Below, piece after piece: positions 13,200-26,376 of a DNA stretch of 64,000 nt; the first letter of the stretch is position 1; every line of letters starts with the position of its first letter. The stretch spans positions 219,356,001 through 219,420,000 of the forward strand of contig OX597814.1 in the NCBI GenBank assembly GCA_951406725.2, in the 5' to 3' direction. The translations under genes and the position numbers were made by a program. Under the pieces are notes generated by a model. It did no database searches. It was not told the origin of the DNA and saw only the letters and a list, made by a program, of their open reading frames with translations. This stretch comes from Octopus vulgaris. Taxonomy: Eukaryota.

Positions 13200-13640
13200 T
13201 GTGTTTGTATCTGTCTTAGTCCTCCACCATTGCCTAGCAACCAATTTTGGTGTATCTCCATCCCCATAACTTAACGGTACAGCAAAAGAGACTAATCAAA
13301 TAAGTGCCTGGCTTAAAAAAATAAGTCCTGGGGTTGATTTGTTTGACTAAAATTCTCCAAGCATGGCCACAGTCTAATGATTGAAACAAGTAAAAAATAA
13401 AACATAGTTTTTTGTATCTGTCTTCTATCTTTCACTTGTTTCAGTTATTAGACTGTGGCCATGCTGGGGCACCACCTTGAAGAATTTTAGTTGAACAAAT
13501 CCATCCCAGTCCTTATCATTTTTCAAACCTGGTACTTATTCTATTGGTCTCTTTTGCCAAACAACTATGTTACGGTAAGTTCAACACACCAACATCAGCT
13601 GTTAAGCATTGGTGGGGGACAGACAAACACACACACATAT
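13200..13640. mobile_element. two SINE family C 3' halves, tail to tail
   Basis: AGCATGGCCACAGTCTAATGATTGAAACAAGTAAA (+) and its reverse complement at 13430-13470. Confidence 0.7.
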
Positions 13641-13657
13641 AATCGATATATATATAT

Positions 13658-13964
13658 ATCACCGTGATCACCATGACCGACAAGGCTATCAGATGTTGCT
13701 ACACATCGCTGGTCACAATGTGTTTCGCATTGTTTTAGCCTTTAAATGACGCCACCCCGCTGGCTAAGCGAGCAGGCCAACAGAAGAAAGAGTGAGAGAA
13801 AGTTGCGGCGAAAGAGTACAGCAGATTGCCACCACCCCCTGCTGGAGCCTTGTGGAGCTTTAGGTGTTTTCGCTCAATGAACACTCACAATGCCTAGTCT
13901 AGGAATCGAAACTGTGATCATATGACCGCGAGTCCGCTGCCCTAACCACTGGGCCATTGCGCCT

Positions 13965-13966
<2 letters not shown>
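13658..13966 (-). mobile_element. SINE family A variant with an alternative 3' tail
   Basis: Same tRNA head and middle as family A; 3' portion (CACCGTGATCACC...GGCCAACAGAAG) unrelated to the family A tail. Confidence 0.8.
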
Positions 13967-14011
<45 letters not shown>

Positions 14012-14257
14012 CCTTTGCATCAGTATCTGTTCCCAAAGCATTCTCAAATGGCTCGACTAAATCAGATCAAAGGTTACATGGTAATACAATCACACCCCAG
14101 GAGTATCAACATGTAATTTTGGGGAATTAAAACAATACAACATTGTCACTGGTTCCGTATTACATCTCAAACCTCGAAGAATAAAGGTGAAACTTTTGAT
14201 GGAGTAACAGTTATAGTTTAACTTTTCTATTGTTTCACTTTTAATAGTTTCACTAAA

Positions 14258-14350
14258 TATTGGGTTGGCAACTAAGTTCCCGCCGCTTTTTTAAATTTTG
14301 GAATTTATTGTGATTTTAAATTTTAGAATCTTTTTTTTTGAGAATTCTAT
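14258..14350 (+). mobile_element. mariner-like TIR fragment
   Basis: TA|TTGGGTTGGCAACTAAGTTCCCGCCGCTTTT resembles the TIR at 41642. Confidence 0.5.
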
Positions 14351-14469
14351 TTTTGAATCATTATATATTTATATATATGTGTATATATATATATGTATAC
14401 ATATATATATATCTGTATATGGATATATATATATAAGTTTGTATGCATATGTATATATGTGTATATGTA

Positions 14470-14840
14470 TAGGGGACAAACAAGGATAGACAAAGGGATT
14501 AAATCGATTATATCAATCCCAGTGCGTAACTGGTACTTAATTTATCGACCCCGAAAGGATGAAAGGCAAAGTCGACCTCGGCGGAATTTGAACTCAGAAC
14601 GTAATGACAGACAAAATACCTATTTCTTTACTACTCACAAGGGGCTAAACACAGAGAGGACAAACAGATTAAGTCGATTATATCAATTCCAGTGTGTAAC
14701 TGGTACTTAATTTATCAACCCCGAAAGGATGAAAGGCAAAGTTGACCTCGGTGGAATTTGAACTCAGAACATAGCGGCAGACGAAATACCGATAAACATT
14801 TCGCCCAGCGTGCTAACGTTTCTGCCAGCTCGCCGCCTTT
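14470..14840 (-). mobile_element. SINE family B (tRNA head plus Meta-like core), with internal duplication
   Basis: Two copies of GTACTTAATTTATCGACCCCGAAAGGATGAAAGGCAAAGTCGACCTCGGCGGAATTTGAACTCAGAAC; head GGCGGCGAGCTGGCAGAAACGTTAGC on the minus strand. Confidence 0.9.
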
Positions 14841-15199
14841 GCAATACTCTTGGAAAAGTTTTGAAAGACTTTATTTCTATCAAAAATTGAAATAAATAAG
14901 ACTAATCACCAATCAGTGGATATCATCAGTTATTTAGACAGGCATGACTGTGAGGTAAAAAGCTCGCCTTGATACCATGTAGGGTTGGAGAAGTCTCACT
15001 GCATAGTGTGTGTGTGTATGTATGGGTTGTTCATCTTCTACCACTACTTGACAACCAGTGTGGGTTTGTTTACATCTCTAACTTAAAGAGTCTGTTAGAA
15101 TAAGTAGCTGCCTTAAAAAAAGTACTAGGGTCAATTTGTCCAGCTAAGCTCTTGAAGATGGTGCCCCAACATGAATGCAATCCAAGGACTGAGACACTG

Positions 15200-15500
15200 G
15201 TACCCCATCGGTTATGACAATGAGGGTTTCAGTTGATCCGATCAATGGAGCAGCCTGCCTATCAAATAAACATGCAAGTGGTTGAGCACTCTGCAGACAT
15301 GTGTGCCCTTAATATAGTTCTCAGCGAGATTCAGTGTGACAAAGCTGGCCCTTTGAGATACAAATACAACTCACTTTTGCCAGCTGAGTGGACTGGAGCA
15401 ACGTGAAATAAAGCATCTTGCTTAAGGACACCACAAGAATCGAACACATGACCTTATAATCATGAGCCAAATCCCCTAACCATTAAGCCATGTGCCTTCA
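15200..15500 (-). mobile_element. older SINE related to family A
   Basis: Shares the GTTGATCCGATCAA...AGCACTC...GGCCCTTTG tail with family A. Confidence 0.75.
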
Positions 15501-15774
15501 CTGACTGAAACAAATCAAAGATATAATAACTGAAACAAAGGAGAAGATATCATTTGGGGAAATTACTTATCAACCAAACCTCTTATCTACATACATTTTT
15601 TTCATCATCATCATCATCGTCATCAGTTCTAGTATTTCTATCTGAAGAAATTATTTGGTTTTATATTACAATTGGTGAACAAAAACTTCATTGGTTAAAT
15701 GTTTCCATTGGGGGATTCCTGAGAATGTCTATAATGGATAGGGGCTTCATTTACCTTTTAGCATTTAAATTGGC

Positions 15775-16150
15775 CATCATCATCATCATCATCATTTAAC
15801 GTCCGTTCTCCATGCTAGCATGGGTTGGCCGGTTCGACCGGGGATCTGGGAAGCCAGAAGGCTGCACCAGGCTCCAGTCTTATCTGGCAATGTTTCTACA
15901 GCTGGATGCCCTTCCTAACACCAACCACTCCGTGAGTGTAGTGGGTGCTTTTTATGTGCCACCTGCACAGGTGCCAGGCGAGGCTGGCAACGGCCACGGT
16001 TGGATTGGTGCATTTTACGTGCCACCGGCACGGAAGCCAGTCGAGGCGGCACTGGCATCGGCCACGATTCGGATAGTGCTTTTTACATACCACCAGTCCA
16101 GGGGTCCTGGCATCTGCCGGGTGCCAGTCATAGGATTGGTTCGATTTCGA
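15775..16150 (-). mobile_element. SINE family D inserted in a TTAA-MITE (~15751-16352)
   Basis: (CAT)n tail and V-like core; flanks CCTTTTAGCATTTAAA and CTGAATGCTAAAGGGTTAA are MITE ends. Confidence 0.85.
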
Positions 16151-18174
16151 TTTCATATTCAACCAAAATATTCTACCCATTTTATGTTCAAACCAACCAT
16201 ATTCAGCCTCTCTCACCTATCCCACAATGTAATTCTAAAAATAAACAATGACATCGAAATCTTGAATCTATGAGATAAAGCATGATTAATTCAAAACAAT
16301 GTGAATATATAAGTATTACATTTGACAGAGCTATCTGAATGCTAAAGGGTTAAAAAAAATATTGATATTTCATTTTTCTTGTCCACAACCTTTAACTGAT
16401 ATACACATACATTTATATACTATGAGCTTCTGTATAGTTTCTATCTTAGAAATTTTAGTTACAAAGTATCAGTCTAACCAAGACAATGGTGGGAGGCGCT
16501 TTCCAATGTGTCTCTCAGGGATTGAACCTGGAACCATATGGAATGTGAAGTGAACTAAGACAAGTTTTAATTTCAGAACTATTTACCATTTATGTTACCT
16601 ATAACATCAAATTCCATATACTAAGTGTACTAATATCATAAAAGCCTCTCACAATAGAGAAACAGGCATAAAAATGCATTATCAGAAGAATGATAACTGG
16701 ATCTCCCACTCCAACTTACAATTATAGACTTATCAATCCTTTCTATCTCAATGAATTTCTTCCTTGACATAGCAAAAGAATCTGTGTTGAAGTTTTTTTT
16801 CTTTTTTTTTTTTCCTATTTTTATTTTATTTTCTTCAAATCAGAAGCTACTTTAATCATGAAAAATTAATTCTCTTTAAAAGATCTACATCTACTAAACT
16901 CCAAACAGCAGCCACTGAAATAGCTAATTGCAACTTTGAAAAAGATCTGCCTTTTGACAGATATTGATTTGTAAGACTTTCACACTCGTCTTTTGAGTTT
17001 CTGTTATCTCTACATTGTCTGCACTCCACTGCATATTGACCTTTCATCTTCAGGTGTGATGTATGTATATATATATGTATGTATGTATGTACATACATAT
17101 ATATGTATGCATGCATACACACACATCATATATACTTGAATATAAAGCTAAGGTTTTTATTTTCATTGTTGCTCAAAAGAAGTTACATTTGGGTCCTTAG
17201 AAAATCTCAAATTTGATTTTTCATTAAGAAAATCCAACAATTTTAAACAATTTTAAATCCAGTTATCATCATCATCGCCATCACCATTTTATGCCTGTTT
17301 GTATTAGGGTGTTATTCTGATGAATGCAAAAGATTTTTGTGATAACTTTCCTCAAGAGTATAGTAGATATTAATCTTGTCTTCAATTCCTCCCCAATCGT
17401 TCAGTTGTCTGTGCCCTGTTTATACTAGTACCACAATGGTTGCCTGATGGAGACATATATCTAGAGTGTGTTGCAAATATATTCCAACATTATGTATCTC
17501 TTATTTTACATTTCTGGCTCTATTTATAAACATAATATTCTACCAATTAAATATCTTAATATTCATGTTATAAAATTATGTTCAAGTAAGCGTGTTTATA
17601 TATTCTGTTCCAATCCTCATGATACAGAACATCTGCTGCACATTTTAAGTTTGTTTATATTTCTCCGACTCCAACATATTTTCACACTCATCGGGCACCC
17701 CACAACCACTTCAAAAACAACAACAACAAGTTTGTGACCCATTTCCTAAATTTCTTGGTGCATCTCACTAAATGCCCCCCCCCCCCCCCAATTCTTCATT
17801 GCCATAATTTTATCCTACTTACATCTTTCCATGAAATAATATAACCACATGAAATAAACTTTGACCTTTTAGTATTTAAACTGGCCATATCCGGCCAAAA
17901 TATTCTATTTGTTTTATGTTCAAACCAGCCAGATATGGCCTCCCACACTTACCATCAATCAATCACTCAATCAATCAATCACAACTGGATTCTTTCAGTT
18001 TCGGTCTACCAAATCCACTAATAAGGCTTTGATTGGCTGGGAGTTATAGTAGAAGACACTTGCCCAATGTACCACGCAGTGGGATTGAACCCAGAATCAT
18101 GTGGTTGAGAAGCAAACTTTTTACCACACAATCCTGTCGATCAAAATTGACAATTATGAAACTTCTATGATCAA

Positions 18175-18283
18175 CAACATTGACAATACTAACATTGACA
18201 ATACTAACATTGACAATACTAACATTGACAATACTAACATTGACAATACTAACATTGACAATACTAACATTGACAATACTAAC
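18175..18283. repeat. 15-bp tandem repeat (AACATTGACAATACT) x~7
   Basis: Direct observation; reads NIDNT in frame. Confidence 0.95.
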
Positions 18284-18379
18284 AGACATGCTGTCAAGAA
18301 ATTAACTGGTTTTTTTTATCAATTAATAGTCATGTAAATTCATATTTTAGGTTTCAAAACTTTTAATATGTATTAAAAC

Positions 18380-18612
18380 ACCATCCAAGCATGGCCGTTC
18401 GCCAGCCTCGTCTGGCACCTGTGTCGGTGGCACATAAAAAGCACCCACTACACTCACGGAGTGGTTGGCGTTAGGAAGGGCATCCAGCTGTAGAAACACT
18501 GCCAGATCTGACTGGCCTGGTGCAGCCCCTGGCTTCCCAGACCCCAGTTGAACCGTCCAACCCATGCTAGCATGGAAAGCGGACGTTAAACGATGATGAT
18601 GATGATGATGAT
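18380..18612 (+). mobile_element. SINE family D 3' part
   Basis: Conserved core and (GAT)n tail. Confidence 0.85.
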
Positions 18613-20281
18613 AAGCATAAAGCAGTTGTATTCAGAAAAATGTTCAAATATAAACAGTTTGTCCTTCTTAGAAAAGTAAATTTTAACTGTTTGTTTACGT
18701 GTAGTGAACGAGGAAGTACCAAGTGAGCACAACCAGTCTATATACTTCTACATCCAGTTTCCAATATGGGGAAATGAGGTTTCCCACTTAATCAACGGTC
18801 AATTATCGAATGTTGTGCCTGTCAGTATGCATTCCATCTCAATTACCAGCTTTCTGTTCTTTGTTAGAAATAAAATATTTATTCTGCTATTGGCTCTCAA
18901 CCTTTCAACTCTATCTTGACCCCAGCCCAGAACTCCAAAAGTTAGATGCATCTGATTAGGTAACATCAAACAATCAAATCTGTCTGTCACACTTGCATGA
19001 TATAGATTAATATTGATTTTGTTTCATGTAAGTTACGTTTTGAAGTGTAGCTTTAAAGAAAAATCTGCCTTGATAGTAGTAGACGTATTCTCTTTGTGTA
19101 TACATTCATCAAATGATGTGAGAAAACTAGAGAAAATTGAATTTGAAAATGTTAGAAGTTTTGTCAATATCAAAAGCAGAAATTTCGACTGGTTAGTAAT
19201 TAATGCAATTGATAATTTATTCTGATAATCTTGGGTTCATTAGAACTGATAATTATAACATTCTGTTATCATCAAATTCAAATGCTGAAATTTTGTCTGA
19301 CCCTCAATCATCAAATTAGGAATTCAGTCATATTTATATATGACAACATTGAGAATCCTGGTAATTTAATTTAGAAACATGGCCAAGAATCTTGATAATT
19401 CCACATTAAAAAAAATAAAAAAAGATGGATATGAAGCATTATTAAATGGCAATCTTTAACTGAAAATTCTGTGAAATCTAAATTAACAAAATTGATAATT
19501 ATGAAATTTCCATGATCAACAAAATTAGAGATGTTAAGAAGCTTACAGTCAAGAAATTTAATTTTTTTTAAAGTTAATGGTAAACTTGTAATTCTGGAAA
19601 GTTCGTCACTTTGAAAATTTAGTCATAAAAATCAAAATTTAAGTAACCCTTAGATATCTTAACAAAAAATTCTCACTGCTTCACATATGTTAAATTGTTT
19701 AAAATTTTCTAATTTTACAATCATCAAACTAAAATATTAAAACTTTTGAACAGTCAACAAAATGATATTTGTCAATCCCACAGTTACAAGAATTGCAAAA
19801 GCTGAGGAAAGAATTTCTTCGAAATTGAAAATGCCAATTTTTCTGCCATCATCAGTTTTTAGAATACGAGAATCACACAAAATACTGAGAGTAGACAACT
19901 AAACTAAATCCATTACATTTAGTCATATTCTAGTTTCTGAATTCAAGTCCTGTTGTAGTTAACACTACAGATATTTAATTTTTCTTGAAAATATTGGTCT
20001 TGTACTTAACAAATCAATATTTAAAATTCTGACATTTTAAAAGTTGTAAAACTTGATAATTCTGACATATCTTCAGGTTATGCTGGCAAATATTGTGACA
20101 CTTAATATTGACAATTCTGAAATCAGAAGTTACTAAAATTTTAACACCATTTAGTATGTGTTTTAGATGCATGAAATACATGTATTTAAGACAACTTGTA
20201 AAACTCTTATTACATCTATAGAGTATTTTGGAATGGTGGTGCTAGTTTGGGCTTTCAGCCAGTAAGTTTCATCTGTTAGAG

Positions 20282-20703
20282 CAGTGGTTATCAACCAGTG
20301 TCCATATGGCCCTTGTCGGGTGCATGTGTGCAATAAATTGCTTATACTTCAGTAATACACAAAATATTTTAACAATTTTGCTTAATACAATACTTAATTA
20401 TATTTGACAAAGGGCCAGCCTTGTCACACTCTGTGTCACGCTGAATCTCCTCGAGAACTACATTAAGGGTACACGTGTCTGTGGAATGCTCAGCCACTTG
20501 CACGTTAATTCCACGAGCAAGCTGTTCCGTTGATCGTATCAGCTGGGACCCTCATCGTCGTAACCGGCGGAGTGCTCCTAAAAAAATATTTGACAACAAA
20601 AATATAATATCAATTTTTTTAATATCGAATAGCTATAGGGGTCTGGCTGAATAAAAGAGGGATCAAAGGGGGTCCTTAGACAAAAAATGCTTGAGAATTT
20701 CTG
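20282..20703. mobile_element. hAT-type MITE with 8-bp TSD, containing a SINE A tail fragment (~20410-20578)
   Basis: TSD TGTTAGAG at 20274-20281 and 20704-20711; ends CAGTGGTTATCAACC / TGCTTGAGAATTTCTG. Confidence 0.8.
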
Positions 20704-20899
20704 TGTTAGAGGATCTTAAGGACAGATTTGAAGAAATATTAGCAATACAAAGGAAATGAAATGGCTTTGAATAAGAATTGAAACAAAGCTGCAAATCCTG
20801 CTCACCTTGAGAATAAAAAATAATGCAAAGGTAGCAAAAGAAGTCTATACCATGTATCAGAAGTGGACCCTATTTATTCTTTTGCAGTATAAACTTAAG

Positions 20900-21570
20900 T
20901 GAAGGTGTGTGGCTTGATGGTTAGGGTATTTGGCTCGTGATCGTAAGGTCAAGAGTTCAACTCCCAGCGGTGTGTTGAGTCCTTGAGTAAGACACTTTAT
21001 TTCCCGTTGCTCGAGTCCACTCAGCTGGGAAAAATGAGTAGTACCTGTATTTCAAGGGGCCAGCCTTGTCACACTCTGTGTCACGCTGGATCTCTCTGAG
21101 AAATATGTAAAAAGGGGTACGCGTGTCTGGGGAGTGCTCAGCCACTTGCATGTTAATTTGACGTGAACCAGCCAGGATCCCTGGTCTGGTGGTACGTAAA
21201 AAGCACTATCCGACTCGTGGCCGATGCCAGCACCGCCTCGACTGGCTTCCGTGCCGGTGGCACATAAAATACACCAATCTGACCGTGGCAGTTGCCAGCC
21301 CCGCCTGGCACCTGTGCAGGTGGCACGTAAAAAGCACCCACTACACTCACGGAGTGGTTGGCGTTAGGAAGGGCATCCAGCTGTAAAAACATTGCCAGAT
21401 TAGACTGGAGCCTGGTGCAGCCTTCTGGCTTCCCAGAACCCCGGTCGAACCGTCCAACCCATGCTAGCATGGAGAACGGACGTTAAACGACGATGATGAT
21501 GATGATGATGAAGCTGTTCCATTGATCATATCAGCTGGGACCCTCATTTTGAAACCGACGGAGTACTTCC
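20900..21570 (+). mobile_element. family A-related SINE with nested family D insertion (~21161-21510)
   Basis: Host ...CACTTGCATGTTAATTT resumes after the (GAT)n tail with AAGCTGTTCCATTGATC. Confidence 0.8.
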
Positions 21571-21734
21571 TCCTCCTCAAAAGTGCTGAATAACACATAA
21601 TTTATAAGAACATCTGTTGAGCACTTAGCTTTAAAATATCTTACTAAAACTAATTTACCCTATTGAGTATCTGTCTTACTGCTGAGTATCTATATAAGTG
21701 TGTCTGTTTATATACATATTTTCATATTTTACCT

Positions 21735-22090
21735 TTTATTTGTCTCAGTCATTGGACTGTGGCCGTGCTGGGGCACTACCTTAAATTGAAGGGCTTGGCT
21801 GAACAAATAAACCTTAGCACTTATTTTTAGCCTTATTTTATTGGGGGTCTCTTTTGCCAAACTGCTAAGTCGTAAAGATGCAAACAAACCAACACCAGTT
21901 GTCAACTGTTGGCAGAGGACAAACTTAACAACAGGCTTCTTTTAGTTTCCATCTACCATATCCACTCACAAAGCTTTGGTCAGCCTGGGTCTGTGGTAGA
22001 AGTCGCTTGCCCAAGGTGCCTTATGGTGTGACTGAACCCCAGATCACATTGTTGGGAACTAAGCTTCTTATGCACACAGCCTTGCCTGTC
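21735..22090 (-). mobile_element. degenerate SINE family C
   Basis: CAGTCATTGGACTGTGGCC...CTTGCCCAAGGTGCC...GACTGAACCC. Confidence 0.75.
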
Positions 22091-22143
22091 AACTGTAGCA
22101 ATAAGCATAATAGCAACAGTCTCACATAAAACATTAACAGCAT

Positions 22144-22530
22144 TTGGAAGCACTCCGTCGGTTAAGACGATGAGGGTTCCGGTTGATCCGATCAACGGAA
22201 CAGCCTGCTCGTGAAATTAACGTGTAAGTGGCTGAGCACTCCACAGACACGTGTACCCTTAACGCAGTTCTTGGGGATATTCAGCGTGACACAGAGAGTG
22301 ACAAGGCTGGCCCTTTTGAAATACAGGTACAACAGAAACAGGAAGTAAGAGTGAGAGAAAGTTGTGGTGAAAGAGTACAGCAGGGATCACCACCATCCCC
22401 TGCCGGAGCCTCGTGGAGCTTTAGGTGTTTTCGCTCAACAAACACTCACAACGCCCGGTCTGGGAATCGAAACCGCGATCCTACGACCACAAGTCTGCTG
22501 CCCTAACCACTGGGCCATTGCGCCTCCACA
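22144..22530 (-). mobile_element. full-length SINE family A
   Basis: Reverse complement of the 35867/56677 copies over ~385 bp. Confidence 0.9.
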
Positions 22531-23216
22531 CTTTCTTATTACTAGCAATAATAATAGGAAACTTCCAAACTTGTAATTGGTCCTAAAGATTATTTAACCT
22601 TTTAGTATTCAGATTATTCTATCGAATGTAATACTTACTATTTCACATTTTGTACTAATCATGTATTATTTCATAGCTTTGAAATTTTGATGATATGATT
22701 GTATATTTTTACGTGTGGTATTGTAGAGAAGAGATGAGAGGCCAAATCCAACCAGTTTGAGCATAAAACAGAATATTTGGGCTGCATATGCCCGGTTTAA
22801 AGGGTTGAAGCAGTAGTTTTTCAACTTTTGTAATTCTGTACACCCCACACTTTCAGTGAATGGCGTTTTTCAAATGCCTCATCATCATGTTTTGTAAGAG
22901 AAAAACCCATCAAATTATTTTAAGCAAGCAAGGTACAGGTGTGGCTGTGTGGTAAGAATCTTGCTTCCCAACCACATGGTTCCATTTCTAGTCCCATTGC
23001 ATGGCACCTTGGACAAGTGCCTTCTACTGTGGCCTCAGGCTGATTAAAGCCTTGTGAGTTGATTTGGTAGATGGAAACTGAAAGAAGCCATTGTATATAT
23101 ATATATATAAATTTCAGAGTTAAATTTTAGCTCTCATTTCTAGAAATTGTAGGTGCTATTTTTCACCCTCATTTATCTATTTTACCTTTTTGGATTTAAT
23201 TGCTCTAGTCCACCTA

Positions 23217-24841
23217 CAGTGGCGGCCAAAATGTTCAGAACGGCATTGTTTTCATCAGAAAAGTAGATATAATTTTTCATCAAAGTTGTTTTATATTCTA
23301 TAATTTTCACAGACAATAAATACGATATTTTTTGTTATTGCCTGAGATTTTCGTGTAATTTGAGAGGATAATACAAAAGTTATGGATGATTTAGTGATTT
23401 ACTGCAAAACCCATGGCGGCCAAAATGATCAGAACGGTTGCTTTTACTCCGTGGTTTAGTATATTTAACCGGCGAACTCTAATGTTTTGAATTTGTTTAT
23501 GTGACGCTTCGTTTACTAAACATTAGTAATAATATTTGCAGTGTACTTTGTTAATATAATGCCACTTACTCCGTTACCAATTCGTCAGCAGATTATTAAG
23601 CTTCGAAGGAAGGATAATTTAAGTATTGGATCTATTGCAAACATTGTTAACAAGTCAAAAAGTGTTGTACACGGTATTCTTAAGGTCTACGATGATTGTG
23701 GTTCGTGTGAAGCAAGAAAGTTTACAGGTAGGCCAAGAAAAACGACCAAGAGAGAAGATCGTGCTATGGTAAAGCTGGTTAAAAAGGACAGATTTAAAAC
23801 TGCTGCTGCTGTTTCTCGGAAAATGAGCATTGTATTGAAGAAAACTTTATCTCGAAAAACTGTGTCTTGTCGTTTAGTTGAACATGACCTACAAGCAAGA
23901 GCACCTGCAGTGAAGCCACTGATCAGCTCCAAGAATAAAAAGTGTCGTCTTACCTTTGCAACCGAACATGTGTTGTGGTCTCAAGAAAAATGGCAAACGG
24001 TGCATTTCAGTGATGAATCTAAGTTTATGTTATTTGGCTCAGATGGGAAAAGGTACGTTCGTTGAAAAGTAGGTGAAAAATTGTCGCCTAAATGCCTTAA
24101 GACTAGTGTTAAATTCGGTGGAGGAAGTGTCATGGTTTGGGGGATGATATCTGGAGATGGTGTGGGCCCTTTGGTGCGATTACATGGAAAGGTAAATGCT
24201 ATAAACAACTTGTAAAAGATCATGTCTTGCTTGTGCTGAGAAATTCAACTAAGCGACCACCCATATTCATGCAGGACAATGCCCCATGTCACAAGGCTAA
24301 GGTGGTCATGAACTTCCTCAAGGCTGAAAAGGTTATTGTTATGGATTGGCCTGCTCAAAGCCCAGATCTCAATCCTATTGAAAATGTATGGAATATTCTA
24401 AGAGAACGTTCGAAAGCCAGAAATCCTAAAACAACCGAGCAATTATGGAATGCCCTTCAGGAAGAATGGAATAAGATCACCCAGCAAGAAATTGAAAATT
24501 TAATTTCTTCATGCAGTCGAAGATGCCAGAGTGTGATTGAAGTTAAAGGGCTTCACACTAAATATTAAATAATTCCAGTATTCTCTGTCATTTTTGATTA
24601 TTTTGTTATTTTTTCAACCGTTCTGATCATTTTGGCTGCCATGGGTTTTGCAGTAAATCACTAAATCATCCATAACTTTTGTATTATCCTCTCAAATTAC
24701 ACCAAAATCTCAGACAATAACAATTAATATTGTATTTATTGTCTGTGAAAATTATAGAATATAAAACTACTACTTTGATAAAAAATTATATCTACTTTTC
24801 TGACGAAAACAAGGCCATTCTGAACATTTTGGCCGCAACTG
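23217..24841 (+). mobile_element. Tc1-family DNA transposon (DD34E), IR/DR type
   Basis: TA TSDs (23215-16, 24842-43); ~225-bp TIRs starting CAGTGGCGGCCAAAATG, each with outer and inner direct repeats TGGCGGCCAAAATG(T/A)TCAGAACGG. Confidence 0.97.
23559..24568 (+). pseudogene. Tc1 transposase pseudogene
   Basis: GRPRK, FSDESKF, QDNAPCH, SPDLNPIE (34 residues between D and E); one TGA at 24063-65 and one frameshift near 24200. Confidence 0.95.
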
Positions 24842-25159
24842 TATATTACTTATTGTAATATCTTATTATATGTTACTATATACTTTAACCATTTTGAATT
24901 TTAGCGCTCGTATTTCAGCAGTTTTGTCCTCATAAATGAATGGGAGGCAGGTTATCTCTTTAACCTGGAGTAATTGTAGAAATGTCTGATGAGAAATAAG
25001 ATCTTGTTGATCAAATTTCAAAATCACATGATAATATTTTATCAAACTACTTCCTTTTGCGAGTGTATCTTGATAATGGAAGATGTGGTTTGTTGCTCAC
25101 AGTCCCGAATATTCCATGAAGTTAGTGCTTTTGTGTAGCTGTTCAAGTTAAATTTTAGC

Positions 25160-26376
25160 TCTTATTTCTAGTAATTTTAGGTGCTTTAGATAATGCCCTC
25201 ACCTTCACAAGCGAATTTATAGAAATTAGTACACAAGATAAGGACACAATTTTCCATGCTAGAAAGACTTCACACTTCAGTGAGAACACAGGGTGGGTCA
25301 AGACTACCGATACAGAGGGTGCTTTCGATGTGAGCATGGGGTCATATGATGGAGCAGGCATATGCGATCTCATTGGACTATTCCTACACGATATTTTGGG
25401 AAAGACTTTTCTTGACATATATTTTGCCATTTAAAAAGATGATGCCTTAGCTTTAACCACAAATATCAATGGACCTGCACAAGATCGGTTTAGGAAGGAC
25501 ATTATCCAAACGATGAAAACTCTCGGTCTTAGTATAACTCCAGTTGTCAATTTCCTAGATGTATCCTTAGATTTGAATATGAATATTTACAAACCTTATA
25601 GGAAGCCCAACAATAGACTTAGTTATATTAATGTAGGTTCATGCCATCCTCCCATAGTGTTTAAAAATTTAGTTAAAAACATTAGTAAGAGAATTTCTAG
25701 CCTTTCCTCCGATAAGGACATTTTTAATAGCATTGCCCCAGTATATAATAAGGCTCTAAAAGATAGTGGTTTTAGTGAAGAAATAACCTTTACACCTGTT
25801 ACTAGCCCAGCAATAAAGAAGAGGAGAAATAGAAATAGGAAGATCATCTGGTTCACACCTCCCTACTCACCCGAGGTGACCTTCAATACAGGCAAATATT
25901 TCTTAGCACTGATAGATAGAGATTTTCCAATCAATCATAGTTATAGAAAGCTTTTCAATAGACATAACTTAAAAATCAGTTTTAGTTCAACTACTAATTT
26001 TAAAAATATAATCACACACAACACGCAAAACAACAAAATGAAACCAGCTGTTCATGCAGGGATAAAAATATGTGCCCGCTAAATGGAGATGGCATGTCCG
26101 AGACATCATTTATGAAGCCACCATGGACTTTACAACCACTAAGGACATAGTTTCATCAAAGAAATATGTGGGTCTCACAGAGGGGAATTTTAAGGCCAGG
26201 TTCAACAATCACACCTTGAGCTACAGATAAAAGAAAAACAACCAAATTATCCAGTTATATATGGTCCTTAAAAGAAAAAGGTGTCAGTTACAACATCCAT
26301 TGGAAGATCTTAGCCAAGTGTAAGCCTTACACCAATGGCAGTGGAAAGTGTAGTCTTTGTGATATGGAAAAATGAC
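25160..26376 (+). mobile_element. Penelope-like element (Naiad-like) RT plus GIY-YIG remnant
   Basis: MGSYDGAGICDLIGL, *KDDAL (Y.DD site), NFLDVSLDL, KPYRKPN, HPP, IWFTPPYS, IIYEA..YVGLTEG.FK.RFNNH, CSLCDMEK; the Tc1 sits in its upstream repeat region (23110-23214 / 24844-25160). Confidence 0.9.

Larger units (their letters stand above)
11920..20130 (+). pseudogene. putative decayed LRR-protein gene, unit 1, interrupted by TEs
   Basis: Broken + strand peptides: KEIPEK..SLYYCRNQI (~11922), NKSTFCCIGNLSALRENP (~12370), PKAFSN..LHGNTI (~14022), GETFDGV (~14187), LTIIDLS (16715), TFGSLENLKF (17185), FLKSIVDINLVFN (17348), LPIKYLNIH (~17540), PELQKLDAS (18927), NIVTLNIDNSEI (~20089); stops and frameshifts throughout. 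Confidence 0.4.

Noticed and set aside
18175-18283. Regular short repeats (also 45348-45570 and the subrepeats at 62345-62720) as a possible CRISPR array
   Set aside because: Head-to-tail tandem units without unique spacers; eukaryotic context; no cas genes
25160-26376. Possible selenocysteine (UGA) recoding, as reported for some Naiad PLEs
   Set aside because: The disruptions seen are TAA stops and frameshifts; the only TGA noted is at the truncation junction, and no SECIS was identified
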